DNA of 64,000 nt from Eubacteriales bacterium (GCA_045533675.1 JAZSIF010000031.1:11634-75633), one strand, 5' to 3'. Shown: positions 1-10,172, counted from the stretch's first letter. Numbers and translations: made by a program. The notes: generated from the sequence alone by a model not told the origin.

Positions 1-1298
1 AGTGTATTCTTTGCCGCCGTTGCGTTGCTGCTTGTAAGCAGGTGCAGGGAATCGGTGTAATCGGAGCAAACGACAGAGGATTCGATACCCATATCGGTTC
101 TATCTTCGAGAAGGCTCTGAGTGAGACCAGCTGTATCAACTGCGGACAGTGTATCGTTGCATGCCCTGTTGGCGCTCTCTATGAGAGAGATGATACGGAT
201 AAGGTTTTGGATGCGATCGCTGATCCCAACAAGCATGTTCTCATTTGTACGGCTCCTTCCGTTCGTGCGCAGATCGGTGAGTGCTTCGGATACGAGCCCG
301 GTACCGATTGCGAGGGCAAGATGGTAGCTGCGTTGAAGCGTCTAGGATTTGATGGTGTCTTCGACATGAACCTGACGGCTGACCTTACCATTATGGAAGA
401 AGCAACTGAGTTCCTCGGAAGAGTAAAGAACGGCGGCGCGCTTCCCATGATCACCTCTTGCTCTCCCGGATGGATCAAGTACTGTGAGCACTATTATCCC
501 GAATTCACGGAGAACCTTTCTACATGTAAGTCTCCTCAGCAGATGTTTGGTGCGATTGCTAAGACCTACTATGCTGAGAAGATGGGCTGGAAGCCCGAGG
601 ACATCTTCTTTGTTTCCGCAATTCCTTGTACGGCAAAGAAGTTTGAGGTAGGCAGACCCGGTCAATCCGCCGCAAGCGTACCTGATGTTGACGTCGCAAT
701 CACCACCCGTGAGGTTGGCAGAATGATCAGCAAGGCAGGAATTGATTTCAAAGCTTTGTCGGATGAAGCATTTGACGAGCCCTTTGCCATTGGAAGTAGT
801 GCTGGCGCTATCTTTGGCGCAACCGGTGGCGTTATGGAGGCAGCACTTCGTACTGCCGCTGAAGTCATTGAAGGCAAGCCTCTTGAAAAGCTTGACTTTA
901 ACGAAGTCCGTGGTGTAGAAGGTGTAAAGGTCGCATCCTACAAGCTTGGAGATATTACTCTGAATGTTGCCGTTGCTTCCGGAACTGCCAATGCCAAGAA
1001 GGTTTTGGATGCCGTGAAGGCAGGCGAGCTGGATGTTCAGTTTATTGAGATTATGGCTTGTCCCGGCGGATGCGTCAATGGAGGTGGCCAGCCCATTCAG
1101 CCTGCGGTTGTCAAGATGACTACTGATCTCAGAGCAGTAAGAGCCGCTGTTCTTTACAATGATGACAAGAATTGCGATCTGAGAAAGTCTCACGAGAACT
1201 CTGCTGTAAAGAAGCTGTATGACGAATATCTCGGCGAGCCGAACAGCCACAAGGCTCACGAAATTCTGCATACGCACTACGTAAAGCGCGGTCTGTAA
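1..1298 (+). CDS. hydA: [FeFe]-hydrogenase catalytic subunit, C-terminal part (5' end lies outside the window)
   Basis: The frame is open to the window edge; from nt 3 it reads CILCRRCVAAC, a CxxCxxCxxxC motif. A second ferredoxin motif is CINCGQCIVACP. H-cluster motifs are TSCSPGW, IPCTAKKFE and EIMACPGGCVNGGGQP. A hairpin terminator follows the stop. Confidence 0.9.
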   Translation, partial: CILCRRCVAACKQVQGIGVIGANDRGFDTHIGSIFEKALSETSCINCGQCIVACPVGALYERDDTDKVLDAIADPNKHVLICTAPSVRAQIGECFGYEPGTDCEGKMVAALKRLGFDGVFDMNLTADLTIMEEATEFLGRVKNGGALPMITSCSPGWIKYCEHYYPEFTENLSTCKSPQQMFGAIAKTYYAEKMGWKPEDIFFVSAIPCTAKKFEVGRPGQSAASVPDVDVAITTREVGRMISKAGIDFKALSDEAFDEPFAIGSSAGAIFGATGGVMEAALRTAAEVIEGKPLEKLDFNEVRGVEGVKVASYKLGDITLNVAVASGTANAKKVLDAVKAGELDVQFIEIMACPGGCVNGGGQPIQPAVVKMTTDLRAVRAAVLYNDDKNCDLRKSHENSAVKKLYDEYLGEPNSHKAHEILHTHYVKRGL

Positions 1299-1316
1299 TT
1301 CCATAACCGTTTTATA

Positions 1317-1366
1317 AGAAATCCCCGAAAAATTTCATTTGAAATTTTCCGGGGATTTCTTTATTT
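1317..1366 (+). terminator. Rho-independent terminator after the hydrogenase gene
   Basis: Long imperfect inverted repeat gaaatccccgaaaaattt / aaattttccggggatttc, followed by tttatttgtt. Confidence 0.7.
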
Positions 1367-1446
1367 GTTAGGAGATGTTAGCGTAAGTAAGAATTGTATG
1401 GCTTGAAATAAAGAAATGAGAAAGAATAAAAAGAGGAGGTGATTTC

Positions 1447-2250
1447 ATGTTTAGAAAAATAAGCTTCTGTCTTGCTTTGATTTTAATTCTATCTCTTTGT
1501 ATGCAATCCACTATTTTTGCGGTGGAGAATAAAGTTTTAAATTGGTATTGCGCAAAAAATAAAGATCATAAGCAACCGATTGCGGATTCGTCATTGAGGA
1601 TTGTTGAAAAGTATAACGGTTATTATCTCGATCATAAATATGGTGACGATTGTACGGAAAAGGTAGTTTATTTAACATTCGATGCCGGTTATGAGAACGG
1701 AAATGTAGAGAAAATTTTGGATATTATGAAATCAGAGGCGGTCAATGGTGCATTCTTTATTCTTGGTAATCTGATTCAAAGAAATCCCGATTTGGTTCGA
1801 CGCATGGCGGAGGATGGTAATTTGGTTTGTAATCACACCAATCACCATAAGGATATGACAAAAGTCGATCGTATAGAGAAATTTAACGAGGAATTGAATG
1901 CGTTGGAAACACTTTATTATGACGCAACAGGGAAAACTATGGCAAAATATTATCGTCCGCCGGAAGGTAAATTTGATGAGCGTTCCTTGCGATTTGCCTC
2001 AGAGCTGGGATATAAGACCATATTTTGGAGTGTTGCCTATGCGGATTGGGATAATAATCATCAACCCTCACCCGCGGAGGCGAAAGAGAAAATTTTGAGT
2101 CGAATTCACAACGGAGCTGTCATTTTGTTGCATCCAACGTCAAAGACAAATGCTGAAATCCTCGGGGGTGTGATTCAAACGCTAAAGCAGCAAGGGTATC
2201 GCTTTGGATCGTTGGATGAATTAACAGCAGATTCGGGACAAGAGCGATGA
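1447..2250 (+). CDS. pdaA: Polysaccharide deacetylase, PdaA-like (delta-lactam-biosynthetic de-N-acetylase type), secreted
   Basis: N-terminal signal sequence. NodB-domain motifs YLTFDAGYENGN and NHTNHH, then YYRPPEG. GGAGG ribosome-binding site upstream. Resembles B. subtilis PdaA from memory. Confidence 0.75.
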   Translation: MFRKISFCLALILILSLCMQSTIFAVENKVLNWYCAKNKDHKQPIADSSLRIVEKYNGYYLDHKYGDDCTEKVVYLTFDAGYENGNVEKILDIMKSEAVNGAFFILGNLIQRNPDLVRRMAEDGNLVCNHTNHHKDMTKVDRIEKFNEELNALETLYYDATGKTMAKYYRPPEGKFDERSLRFASELGYKTIFWSVAYADWDNNHQPSPAEAKEKILSRIHNGAVILLHPTSKTNAEILGGVIQTLKQQGYRFGSLDELTADSGQER

Positions 2251-2933
2251 GAAAAAAATTGATTTGTTTTTTTCTTTGTTGCATTTTGCTTGGGCGACTA
2301 TCTGTTTATGCCACGGAGAATGACCATTATGGTAGGGTATATTGCAGAAGCTCATGCAGTGATAAACGAATTGCCTTAACCTTTGATGATGGGCCTCATC
2401 CGAGATATACAGGAGAAATCCTTAGTATCCTAAAAGAATACAATGTTACAGCCACATTTTTTATCATTGGTGTAAATGCGGAGAATTACCCGGATGCCCT
2501 GCGGAAAATTGCGGAATCTGGCTGTGAAATAGGGAACCATACCTATTCCCATGCCAATCTTCGACACATGAATCATGAGGAAATCAAGAAGGAAATACAA
2601 AAATGCGAGGATGTTTTATCAAAAACTATTGGTGTTCGTCCCGTTGTTTTTCGTCCTCCCGAGGGAATGTATCCAAATGATGCGACAGAAATCATGGAAA
2701 ATTTGGGATATGATATTATTTTATGGAGCATCGATACGATGGATTGGGCGATGAATCCATCGTATCAAATTGAACGTCTCGTGATGAAGGAGACGAAGGG
2801 CGGAGATATTATACTGATGCACGATTATGTTTCTGGCGGTAATACGACATGTCAGGCATTACGAAAAATGATACCCAATCTTCTTTCAAGAGGTTACGAA
2901 TTTGTTACTGTGTCCCAGCTTATTAATGGTTGA
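2247..2933 (+). CDS. Polysaccharide deacetylase family protein (NodB homology domain)
   Basis: Motifs LTFDDGPHP, GNHTYSH and FRPPEG. Signal peptide present. ATGA start/stop overlap with the upstream deacetylase gene. Confidence 0.8.
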   Translation: MRKKLICFFLCCILLGRLSVYATENDHYGRVYCRSSCSDKRIALTFDDGPHPRYTGEILSILKEYNVTATFFIIGVNAENYPDALRKIAESGCEIGNHTYSHANLRHMNHEEIKKEIQKCEDVLSKTIGVRPVVFRPPEGMYPNDATEIMENLGYDIILWSIDTMDWAMNPSYQIERLVMKETKGGDIILMHDYVSGGNTTCQALRKMIPNLLSRGYEFVTVSQLING

Positions 2934-2971
2934 AAAAAGCTTCGATTCCGTAGTCGGAACCGAAGCTTTTT
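2933..2971. terminator. Bidirectional hairpin terminator between convergent genes
   Basis: aaaagcttcg...cgaagctttt stem with an inner ttccg/cggaa pairing; A-run on one side and T-run on the other. Confidence 0.6.
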
Positions 2972-2984
2972 ATGCAATACGTTT

Positions 2985-4469
2985 TTATTTATGATATAAT
3001 TTTTTTGTTTCATATACAGGCTCGCAGGTAAGATCAATACCCAGTTTCCGATAGATATTTTTGTCAACGGCGGAAACAATCACACTGATGTGAGCTTGAC
3101 ATCCCTTCAGCTTGTGGAGCTGTTCCATAGCCAAGGAAGCCATGGGATTGGTTGTAGCGGAAATTGCCAACGCAACTAAAATTTCATCTGCGTGCAAACG
3201 AGGGTTTTGATTGCCAAGATTTTCGGTTTTCAATTTCTGTAAAGGTTCAATTACCACAGGGGGGATCAGTAAAAACTCATCGTTGATACCGCCAAGTTTT
3301 TTCAACGCGTTCATTAAAGCGGAAGCAGCTGACCCCATCAGATTGGTGGTTTTTCCTGTGACAATGGTACCATCCGGGAGTTCTATGGCAGCCGCGGGCG
3401 TTCCTGTTTCCTCGGATTTGTCACACGCGGCTTTGACAACGGAACGGAAGCCTACATCAACACCCGCCTGATTCATGATTAACTCTGTTTTAAATACCTC
3501 ATCCGCATCGGCGAATCCGTTTCTCTTGCGGACCAAAGTATCATAATAGCGGCGTACGATCTCCATTTTGGAGGCATTGGAAACCGCTTCATTATCAAAA
3601 ATACAGTAGCCTGCCATATTGACACCCATATCGGTGGGAGATTTGTAGGGGCATTCTCCGTAAATTTTCTCAAAGATTGCCTTTAAAACAGGAAAGATTT
3701 CCACATCTCGATTATAATTGACGGTGGTGATTCCTGTCGCCTCCAAATGGAAGGGATCAATCATGTTTACATCGTTCAGATCTACCGTAGCGGCTTCATA
3801 TGCAAGATTTACAGGGTGCTTAAGAGGAAGGTTCCATACGGGAAATGTCTCGAATTTTGCGTATCCCGCCTTGATTCCTCTCTTGTGATCGTGGTAGAGC
3901 TGAGAAAGACAGGTTGCCATTTTTCCACTTCCGGGACCGGGAGCGGTTACAACGACCAAGGGCTTGGATGTTTCGATATATTCGTTTTTTCCGTACCCTT
4001 CATCACTGACAATTTTGCGAACGTTGTTGGGATAACCCTCAATCGGATAATGACGGTAAACCTTAATGCCCAAGTTTTCCAATCTCTTAATAAAGGAATC
4101 TACGGCGGGTTGTTGTGCATAATGTGTTATGACAACACCACCTACGCTCATTTCGATATTGGCAAAGGTATCGATCAGTCGAAGGGTATCCAGATCATAG
4201 GAAATTCCCAGGTCGCCTCGGATCTTATTCTGTTCAATTGATGTTGCGGACACTACGATAATGACTTCGGCATCTTCCTTCATGCTTAAAAGCATTCGAA
4301 TTTTACTGTCGGGCTGAAAGCCGGGAAGAACACGAGAGGCATGATAATCGTCAAATAGCTTCCCGCCAAATTCCAAGTAGAGCTTTCCGCCAAAGCCGGA
4401 TATTCTTTCCTGAATTTTTTCGGATTGCAACCGAATATATTTATCGTTGTCAAAGCCTATTGTTTTCAT
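2985..4469 (-). CDS. UPF0371 / DUF1846 family protein
   Basis: The N-terminus MKTIGFDNDKYIRLQSEKIQERI...GGKLYLEFGGKLFDDYHASRVLPGF is characteristic of UPF0371. I prefer the ATG at 4469 (GAGGAA ribosome-binding site) over the ORF-track start at 4490. Confidence 0.8.
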   Translation of the reverse strand: MKTIGFDNDKYIRLQSEKIQERISGFGGKLYLEFGGKLFDDYHASRVLPGFQPDSKIRMLLSMKEDAEVIIVVSATSIEQNKIRGDLGISYDLDTLRLIDTFANIEMSVGGVVITHYAQQPAVDSFIKRLENLGIKVYRHYPIEGYPNNVRKIVSDEGYGKNEYIETSKPLVVVTAPGPGSGKMATCLSQLYHDHKRGIKAGYAKFETFPVWNLPLKHPVNLAYEAATVDLNDVNMIDPFHLEATGITTVNYNRDVEIFPVLKAIFEKIYGECPYKSPTDMGVNMAGYCIFDNEAVSNASKMEIVRRYYDTLVRKRNGFADADEVFKTELIMNQAGVDVGFRSVVKAACDKSEETGTPAAAIELPDGTIVTGKTTNLMGSAASALMNALKKLGGINDEFLLIPPVVIEPLQKLKTENLGNQNPRLHADEILVALAISATTNPMASLAMEQLHKLKGCQAHISVIVSAVDKNIYRKLGIDLTCEPVYETKKLYHK

Positions 4470-4664
4470 AAGTTCCTCGCAAAAAATCATATATACTATA
4501 TTTTAATACATTTTTGAAAATATTTCAAGTGGTAAAGTAAAATATGTTTCGAAATTTTTAATGAAATCTTTAAAAATCAATGATTGTCAAAATTTGTTTG
4601 CCGTCATATCCTATTAAAGAAGAGAAGCTGATGCTTCGATCTAAATTCAGGAGGATGCATATAC

Positions 4665-5504
4665 ATGTCTGATAACAGATTATCATGCGGTCGTTCTGAG
4701 CAAGGCTCGAATCGGGAAATGGTTTGTATTGAAACCAACCGTGTTCTCGATTCCTGTCGTGACAGAGACTGTTTTGAAGACGTAAAAGTATTATTGACCG
4801 ATTTTGGAAATGAGCTTTTAGAGCACACTACCAATATCCGTGCGAAGAACGCTTGCATTGCATGGACCTATATTGGAATTGATCCTGTTAAATTTAATCG
4901 TGGATTTTATGCGGTAACGATCAAATTCTATATCAAGATCACTTTCGAGGCATGCCTTTGCGGAGGTAGAAGTCAAGAATTTGACGGAATTGCCGTTGTA
5001 GAAAAGCGGGTCATTTTGTATGGAAGCGAGAGTAACGTAAGCATTTTCAAGAGTAATCCCGATGCCTCGGATTATTGTTCGATCCCCGAACTTTGTTGCT
5101 CCACCAAAAATGTACCCATTGCCATCGTTGAGGTGGTGGATCCCTTGATCTTAAACGTAAAGGTCCGTGACACCGATGATGGTTGTAACTGTTGTTGTTG
5201 CTGCTGTGGAGATATTCCTGAGGGAGTATCCTCACAGCTGAACGGAACATTGAACGACACAGATGGAAGATTCCTTACCGTCTCAATTGGAATCTTCTCT
5301 GTGGTTCGTATCGTTCGTCCTGCTCAATATTTGATTCACGCAACCGAATATTGTGTCCCTGACAAGGAATGCGTAACGACTGAGGAAGACAATCCCTGTG
5401 CGATTTTCCGAAGCATGGCTTTCCCCACATCGGAATTTTGTCCTCCCGGATATGTTCCCTCAAAGGGAGATCTCCCCAACGGGAAATGCGGTTGCGGAAG
5501 TTAA
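4665..5504 (+). CDS. Cysteine-rich hypothetical protein (possible spore coat/exosporium component)
   Basis: AGGAGG ribosome-binding site 8 nt upstream of the ATG. The 279-aa ORF has about 23 Cys, including CNCCCCCC and a C-terminal KCGCGS. No family recognised. Confidence 0.6.
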   Translation: MSDNRLSCGRSEQGSNREMVCIETNRVLDSCRDRDCFEDVKVLLTDFGNELLEHTTNIRAKNACIAWTYIGIDPVKFNRGFYAVTIKFYIKITFEACLCGGRSQEFDGIAVVEKRVILYGSESNVSIFKSNPDASDYCSIPELCCSTKNVPIAIVEVVDPLILNVKVRDTDDGCNCCCCCCGDIPEGVSSQLNGTLNDTDGRFLTVSIGIFSVVRIVRPAQYLIHATEYCVPDKECVTTEEDNPCAIFRSMAFPTSEFCPPGYVPSKGDLPNGKCGCGS

Positions 5505-5556
5505 AATGAGGTAAAAGGGAAGGGCGGTTGCTGATTGGCAACCGCCCTTATGAAAT

Positions 5557-6345
5557 TTAAAACGATTCCAGGGATTTGTTTAAAAATGCACGTGTTATGG
5601 GGGATTTCGGATGATCAAACACTTCTTCAGGAGATCCTTGCTCTTCGATGATACCGTTTGCCATAAAGATCACATGGTCAGATACATTTTTTGCGAATTC
5701 CATTTCATGTGTCACTACGATCATGGTGCAGTCGGAGGATTTCAAATCCTTGATGACGCGAAGCACTTCCCCCGTTAATTCGGGGTCTAAGGCACTGGTC
5801 GGTTCATCAAAGCAGAGGACATCGGGGGAGAGCGCTAACGCACGTGCGATTGCCACACGTTGCTGCTGTCCACCGGAAAGTTCACAGGGATAAGCGGTTG
5901 CTTTCTCCGTTAGTCCAACCTTTTTTAGTAATTCTCGGGCATGGAGTGTAATTTCCTCCATCTTTTCCTTTTTATCATTCTTGGCAAGCTTTAATTCTTT
6001 AAGACGCATTTGGGGGGCAAGTGTAATATTATCTAAAACGTTATATTGAGGGAACAAATTAAATGATTGAAATACCAATCCAAAGTGCAGTCTGTTGCTT
6101 CGAATTTCGCTTTCTTTATTGTTCTTATGTTGTGCCGCATCAAAAATAATATGATCGTTTATGGCGATGGTTCCCACGTCGGGGGTCTCCAAGAAATTTA
6201 AGCAACGGAGCAGAGTGGTTTTTCCGCTTCCCGAAGACCCGATAATAGACAATACCTGTCCCTTTTCCAAGGAAAAATCGATTCCTTTTAGTACCTCGGT
6301 TTTACCGAAGCTTTTTTTAATATTCGTTACGTTCAATAATGCCAT
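5557..6345 (-). CDS. Amino-acid ABC transporter ATP-binding protein
   Basis: Walker [10 protein letters not shown], signature LSGGQQQR, Walker [12 protein letters not shown]; GlnQ/polar-amino-acid type. Confidence 0.9.
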   Translation of the reverse strand: MALLNVTNIKKSFGKTEVLKGIDFSLEKGQVLSIIGSSGSGKTTLLRCLNFLETPDVGTIAINDHIIFDAAQHKNNKESEIRSNRLHFGLVFQSFNLFPQYNVLDNITLAPQMRLKELKLAKNDKKEKMEEITLHARELLKKVGLTEKATAYPCELSGGQQQRVAIARALALSPDVLCFDEPTSALDPELTGEVLRVIKDLKSSDCTMIVVTHEMEFAKNVSDHVIFMANGIIEEQGSPEEVFDHPKSPITRAFLNKSLESF

Positions 6346-6355
6346 AATATCTTCC

Positions 6356-7033
6356 TTATGATTTGAAATAATTCAGTTTCTTTTCAAAGAAGTTAAACAG
6401 AATTGTCAATGCACCCACGAAGAGAAGGTAGAATGCTCCCGTGTAGAAAAGAGGCCATAGCAGGGCATCAGTTGCCGCCATTTCCTGAGCACGGTCAATG
6501 ATCTCTACTACACTGATTACACGTGCCAGGGCTGTGTCCTTTACCAGGGTGATTACCTCATTGGAGATAGGAGGCAAAATGCGTTTGATTACTTGTTTTA
6601 AAATGACCTTAAAGAAGATTTGTGTGCGTGTCATTCCCAAAACCTGACCGGCTTCATACTGTCCACGGGAAATACTTTCAATTCCTCCGCGGTAAATTTC
6701 GCTGAAGTAGCAGGCATAGTTGATAACAAACGCAATCAAAGCAGCCGTAAACCGTCCTGTAATCTCGAAAGAAAAGATAGAAAAGTCGGGGATTCGGACA
6801 TCAAATAGCATTCCGGGAACAAAATAAATGATAAAAAGTTGAAGCATAAGCGGGATGCCGCGAATGATCCAAACAAAAACCTTCATCAAATATCGAATCG
6901 GTCGGAACTTGGTCATAGTTCCCAAAGAGATCAACAGACCAAGAGGCAGGGCAAATAAGAGGGTAAGTGCAAACAAGGTGCAGGTCGTACCAAAGCCCTT
7001 TAAAAGTATTAGGGTGACTTCCCAAAAACTCAT
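6356..7033 (-). CDS. Amino-acid ABC transporter permease
   Basis: Multi-TM protein with the EAA-like loop ([21 protein letters not shown]) typical of HisM/GlnP-type permeases. Adjacent to the ATPase and the binding-protein genes. Confidence 0.85.
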   Translation of the reverse strand: MSFWEVTLILLKGFGTTCTLFALTLLFALPLGLLISLGTMTKFRPIRYLMKVFVWIIRGIPLMLQLFIIYFVPGMLFDVRIPDFSIFSFEITGRFTAALIAFVINYACYFSEIYRGGIESISRGQYEAGQVLGMTRTQIFFKVILKQVIKRILPPISNEVITLVKDTALARVISVVEIIDRAQEMAATDALLWPLFYTGAFYLLFVGALTILFNFFEKKLNYFKS

Positions 7034-7153
7034 AAATCCATATCGTCCTTTTCGCGTAATAATATATAGTAAAATAATTGGAGTAAAATGCGAAACAACA
7101 GCATTGCCCCTATAATAGGAGCAATGCTGTTTGCTTTTATTTTATTCTTTGAA

Positions 7154-7954
7154 TTACTTCAGATCGGTAATTACGTAGTTCTGCAGGCCGTACTTCTCAG
7201 CCAGAGCCATCATGGTTCCGTCCTCAGCCAGCTCCTTCAATGCCATGTTTACCTTGGCAGTCAACTCGCTGCCCTTCTTAAAGCCTACCGAATAAACCTC
7301 AGCCTCGATTTCGATAGCATCAACCATGGTCAGATCGGTGTAATCACCCTTACCAACCATTGCCTTTGCCATGGTCTTGTCGATGACAACAAAATCAACA
7401 GTTCCAGCCATCACCTCGGTCAAGGTAGCGGCCTGAGAATCCTTTCCAACATAGTTCTTTTCAGTGTCGGTAATAAAGCCCTTGGCAACACCCTCACCGG
7501 CAGAACCCTTTTCAGCGGCACCCTTCTTATTAGCAAGGGCGGCAGCGGTATTCAGGGTAGAAGCGTTTGCTTTCTTAACAACAACACATTGCTCGTTGTT
7601 CATGTATGCGTAGGAGAAGTCAACCTTGGCACTTCTCTGAACGCCATCGTCATCAGCACAGTTGGAGGTAAATCCGTTCCACAGGCAGTTAACCGCACCG
7701 GAATCAAGCTCCAGATACTTGTTATCCCACTCGATCTTCTGGAATTTAATTTCCATATCCAGCTTCTTTGCAACAGCCTCTGCCAGTTCGGTATCAAATC
7801 CAATCAGCTTTCCATTTTCATCTTCGTAGTTCATAGGTTCATAAATCGTGTAACCAACGATCAACGTGTCTTTGTCCTTTGCGCAAGAAGCAAAGGTGAA
7901 TGCGCACGTGATGAACAGGATGGCAACCAACGCCAGACTTAAGATTTTTTTCAT
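7154..7954 (-). CDS. Amino-acid ABC transporter substrate-binding lipoprotein
   Basis: MKKILSLALVAILFITCAFTFASC lipobox; SBP_bac_3-like body. GGAGGA ribosome-binding site before the ATG at 7954, so the ORF-track start at 7984 is probably too long. Confidence 0.85.
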   Translation of the reverse strand: MKKILSLALVAILFITCAFTFASCAKDKDTLIVGYTIYEPMNYEDENGKLIGFDTELAEAVAKKLDMEIKFQKIEWDNKYLELDSGAVNCLWNGFTSNCADDDGVQRSAKVDFSYAYMNNEQCVVVKKANASTLNTAAALANKKGAAEKGSAGEGVAKGFITDTEKNYVGKDSQAATLTEVMAGTVDFVVIDKTMAKAMVGKGDYTDLTMVDAIEIEAEVYSVGFKKGSELTAKVNMALKELAEDGTMMALAEKYGLQNYVITDLK

Positions 7955-8155
7955 AATAGATCCTCCCGCCGCATATTGCGGCACATAAATAAATTCAAAG
8001 GAAAAGCTCTTTAATGCTTTACCTTGCTAAAACATAAATATCTTAACACATTTTATATGCTTTGTCAAGTGTTTTTTTAACTTTTATCAAAAAAGATTAT
8101 GAGAAAATTTGTCGAACAAAAATAGAAGGATTTTATATTTTTAACATTTTGTACA

Positions 8156-8184
8156 TTGAAATGTTTGATCGGCTGGTGTATAAT
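8156..8184 (+). promoter_or_regulatory. Sigma-A-type promoter candidate for the phosphoglucomutase-family gene
   Basis: TTGAAA, 17 nt, TATAAT, located about 30 nt upstream of the ribosome-binding site. Confidence 0.45.
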
Positions 8185-8216
8185 TGTAAAGTATAAAGTT
8201 TTTTGGAGGTTTATGG

Positions 8217-9890
8217 ATGGAATATTTGGAAAAATATAAGCATTGGCGTGATAGCGCTAATATTGACGAAACTACTGCGCACGAATTGGAATCGTTAGAG
8301 GGAAACGATCAAGAAATCAAAGAACGTTTTCTTTGTGACCTGGAATTCGGAACAGGCGGCTTACGTGGCGTGATTGGCGCAGGGACCAATCGAATCAATC
8401 AATATATGATCAGAAAAACTACGCAGGGTTATGCGGAATACATAAAGAAGGCAGGAAAGGATGCGTGTGCGCGCGGTGTTGTAATCGCACACGATAATCG
8501 TCGTTTTAGCGTTGAATTTGCGCAGAACACGGCGGGGGTTCTTGCCGCAAACGGAATCAAGGCATATCTGTTTGATTCCTTGCGACCTACACCTGAGCTT
8601 TCCTTTGCGGTGCGTTTGAAAAACGCATTTGGAGGCGTTATGATCACTGCATCACATAATCCTCCCGAATATAACGGATATAAGCTCTACGACGAAAGAG
8701 GCTGTCAGCTTGTTCCTCACGTGAACGACCTTGTTGTGGCTGAGATTGAAAAAATTGAGGATCTTCTTTCGGTAAAAGCCTTAAGTACTGAGGAGGCGGG
8801 GGACTATATTGAGATTCTTGGTCCCGATGTGGATGAAGCATATTACAATGAGGTAATGAAAATCGTTCTTCATCCCGAAATGGATAAGAGCGGAATTAAG
8901 ATTGTGTATTCTCCCCAACATGGTACAGGCAATGTGCCTGTAAGAACCGTTTTGGATCGTTTGGGCTATCATGTGATTCCTGTCGAGGAGCAATGTGCGC
9001 CTGATACGGAATTTTCTATGACCAAAAATCCCAATCCCGAAATGGATGATGCTTACGCATTGGCATTTGAATATGCCAAGAAATACGACGCAGACATCGT
9101 GATTACCACCGATCCCGACTGCGACAGACTTGGTGTTGCCGTAAAGCATGCTGGCGCTTACCTACGTATGACCGGAAACCAGTCTGCCGCCGTGTTGCTG
9201 GAATACATACTTTCTCAACGCAAGGAGCAGGGGACATTGCCTGCCAACGGTGTCATGTTTAATACCATCGTAACCTCCGATCTTGGCGACCGTATTTGCG
9301 AAAGCTACGGGGTCAGTGTGGAAAAGACCTTGACGGGCTTTAAATTTATTGGAGACAAAATCTACGGTCACGAGACCGCGGGTGACAAAACCTTCGTGTT
9401 TGGTTATGAAGAAAGCTATGGCTGTCTGATCAGTGATTGCGTACGAGATAAGGATGCGGTTCAAGCATCGATGATGCTTTGCGAAGCAGCTGCGTTTTAT
9501 CACGAAAAGGGACAGACGCTTCTGGATGTTTTGTATGAGCTATATGACAAGCATGGATTCTTCCTGGATGCGTTGGATAATTTCACCTTCCGTGGCTTGG
9601 ACGGTGCTGATCAGATCAAGACCTTGGTAAATGGACTTCGAAACAATCCGCCTAAAAAGGCAGGCGAGGTTGAGGTTGCTGATTTGGAGGACTATACGTC
9701 GGCGCGTATGTTAGAAGCGGGCTTTCCAAAATCAAACGTACTTCGATTCCTTTTGAAAGACGGAAGCTGGGTTGCGGTCCGTCCCAGCGGAACCGAACCG
9801 AAATGTAAGTTCTATTTCAGTGTGGTGGCGGATGATCGTGAATCGGCGGAAGCCAAGCTGAAATGTATGCGAGAAGCATTTGAAAAATAA
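8217..9890 (+). CDS. Phosphoglucomutase/phosphomannomutase family protein
   Basis: Active-site loop TASHNPPEYNGYK, Mg loop TTDPDCDRLG, and sugar/phosphate loops GYEESYG and RPSGTEP. Confidence 0.88.
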   Translation: MEYLEKYKHWRDSANIDETTAHELESLEGNDQEIKERFLCDLEFGTGGLRGVIGAGTNRINQYMIRKTTQGYAEYIKKAGKDACARGVVIAHDNRRFSVEFAQNTAGVLAANGIKAYLFDSLRPTPELSFAVRLKNAFGGVMITASHNPPEYNGYKLYDERGCQLVPHVNDLVVAEIEKIEDLLSVKALSTEEAGDYIEILGPDVDEAYYNEVMKIVLHPEMDKSGIKIVYSPQHGTGNVPVRTVLDRLGYHVIPVEEQCAPDTEFSMTKNPNPEMDDAYALAFEYAKKYDADIVITTDPDCDRLGVAVKHAGAYLRMTGNQSAAVLLEYILSQRKEQGTLPANGVMFNTIVTSDLGDRICESYGVSVEKTLTGFKFIGDKIYGHETAGDKTFVFGYEESYGCLISDCVRDKDAVQASMMLCEAAAFYHEKGQTLLDVLYELYDKHGFFLDALDNFTFRGLDGADQIKTLVNGLRNNPPKKAGEVEVADLEDYTSARMLEAGFPKSNVLRFLLKDGSWVAVRPSGTEPKCKFYFSVVADDRESAEAKLKCMREAFEK

Positions 9891-9902
9891 AAATGGTATG
9901 AA

Positions 9903-9945
9903 AAATGGCAGAATTTAGCAAAGAATTTTGCCATTTTTTGTTTTT
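9903..9945 (+). terminator. Rho-independent terminator
   Basis: aaaatggcagaatt...aattttgccatttt stem followed by ttgttttt. Confidence 0.65.
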
Positions 9946-10172
9946 CTCTTGGTTTGGATGTAAAAGAAAAAAACAAATATCCTAAACTGTTATGTATAAC
10001 GCAAACGGTGGAGATGTAGTTAAATCATCCACATTAGAGAAATATAGCTTGTCTACAATCAGAATTCTTTGAAAAAAACGATTGATGTTAAGCAATGAAT
10101 ATAAAAAAATACAATATGGATACTTTTTGGACAAAAAAGTAAAAATACTTGGGTTGAAAATTTGGAAAATAA

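Noticed and set aside
342-1304. 320-aa ORF antisense to the hydrogenase gene
   Set aside because: It is fully embedded opposite a gene with unmistakable H-cluster motifs. Its composition is low-complexity and Ser/Leu/Arg-rich, and it has no ribosome-binding site. This is the usual stop-poor antisense frame of a codon-biased, highly expressed gene.
4586-4613. Sigma-K-like -10 element CATATCCTA upstream of the Cys-rich gene
   Set aside because: CATAnnnTA matches, but the expected AC at the -35 position 17 nt upstream is absent. That is too weak to call a mother-cell promoter from sequence alone.
7088-7942. 284-aa ORF antisense to the ABC substrate-binding lipoprotein gene
   Set aside because: It has no ribosome-binding site and no recognisable domain, and it mirrors a strongly supported gene. 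It is a codon-bias artefact.
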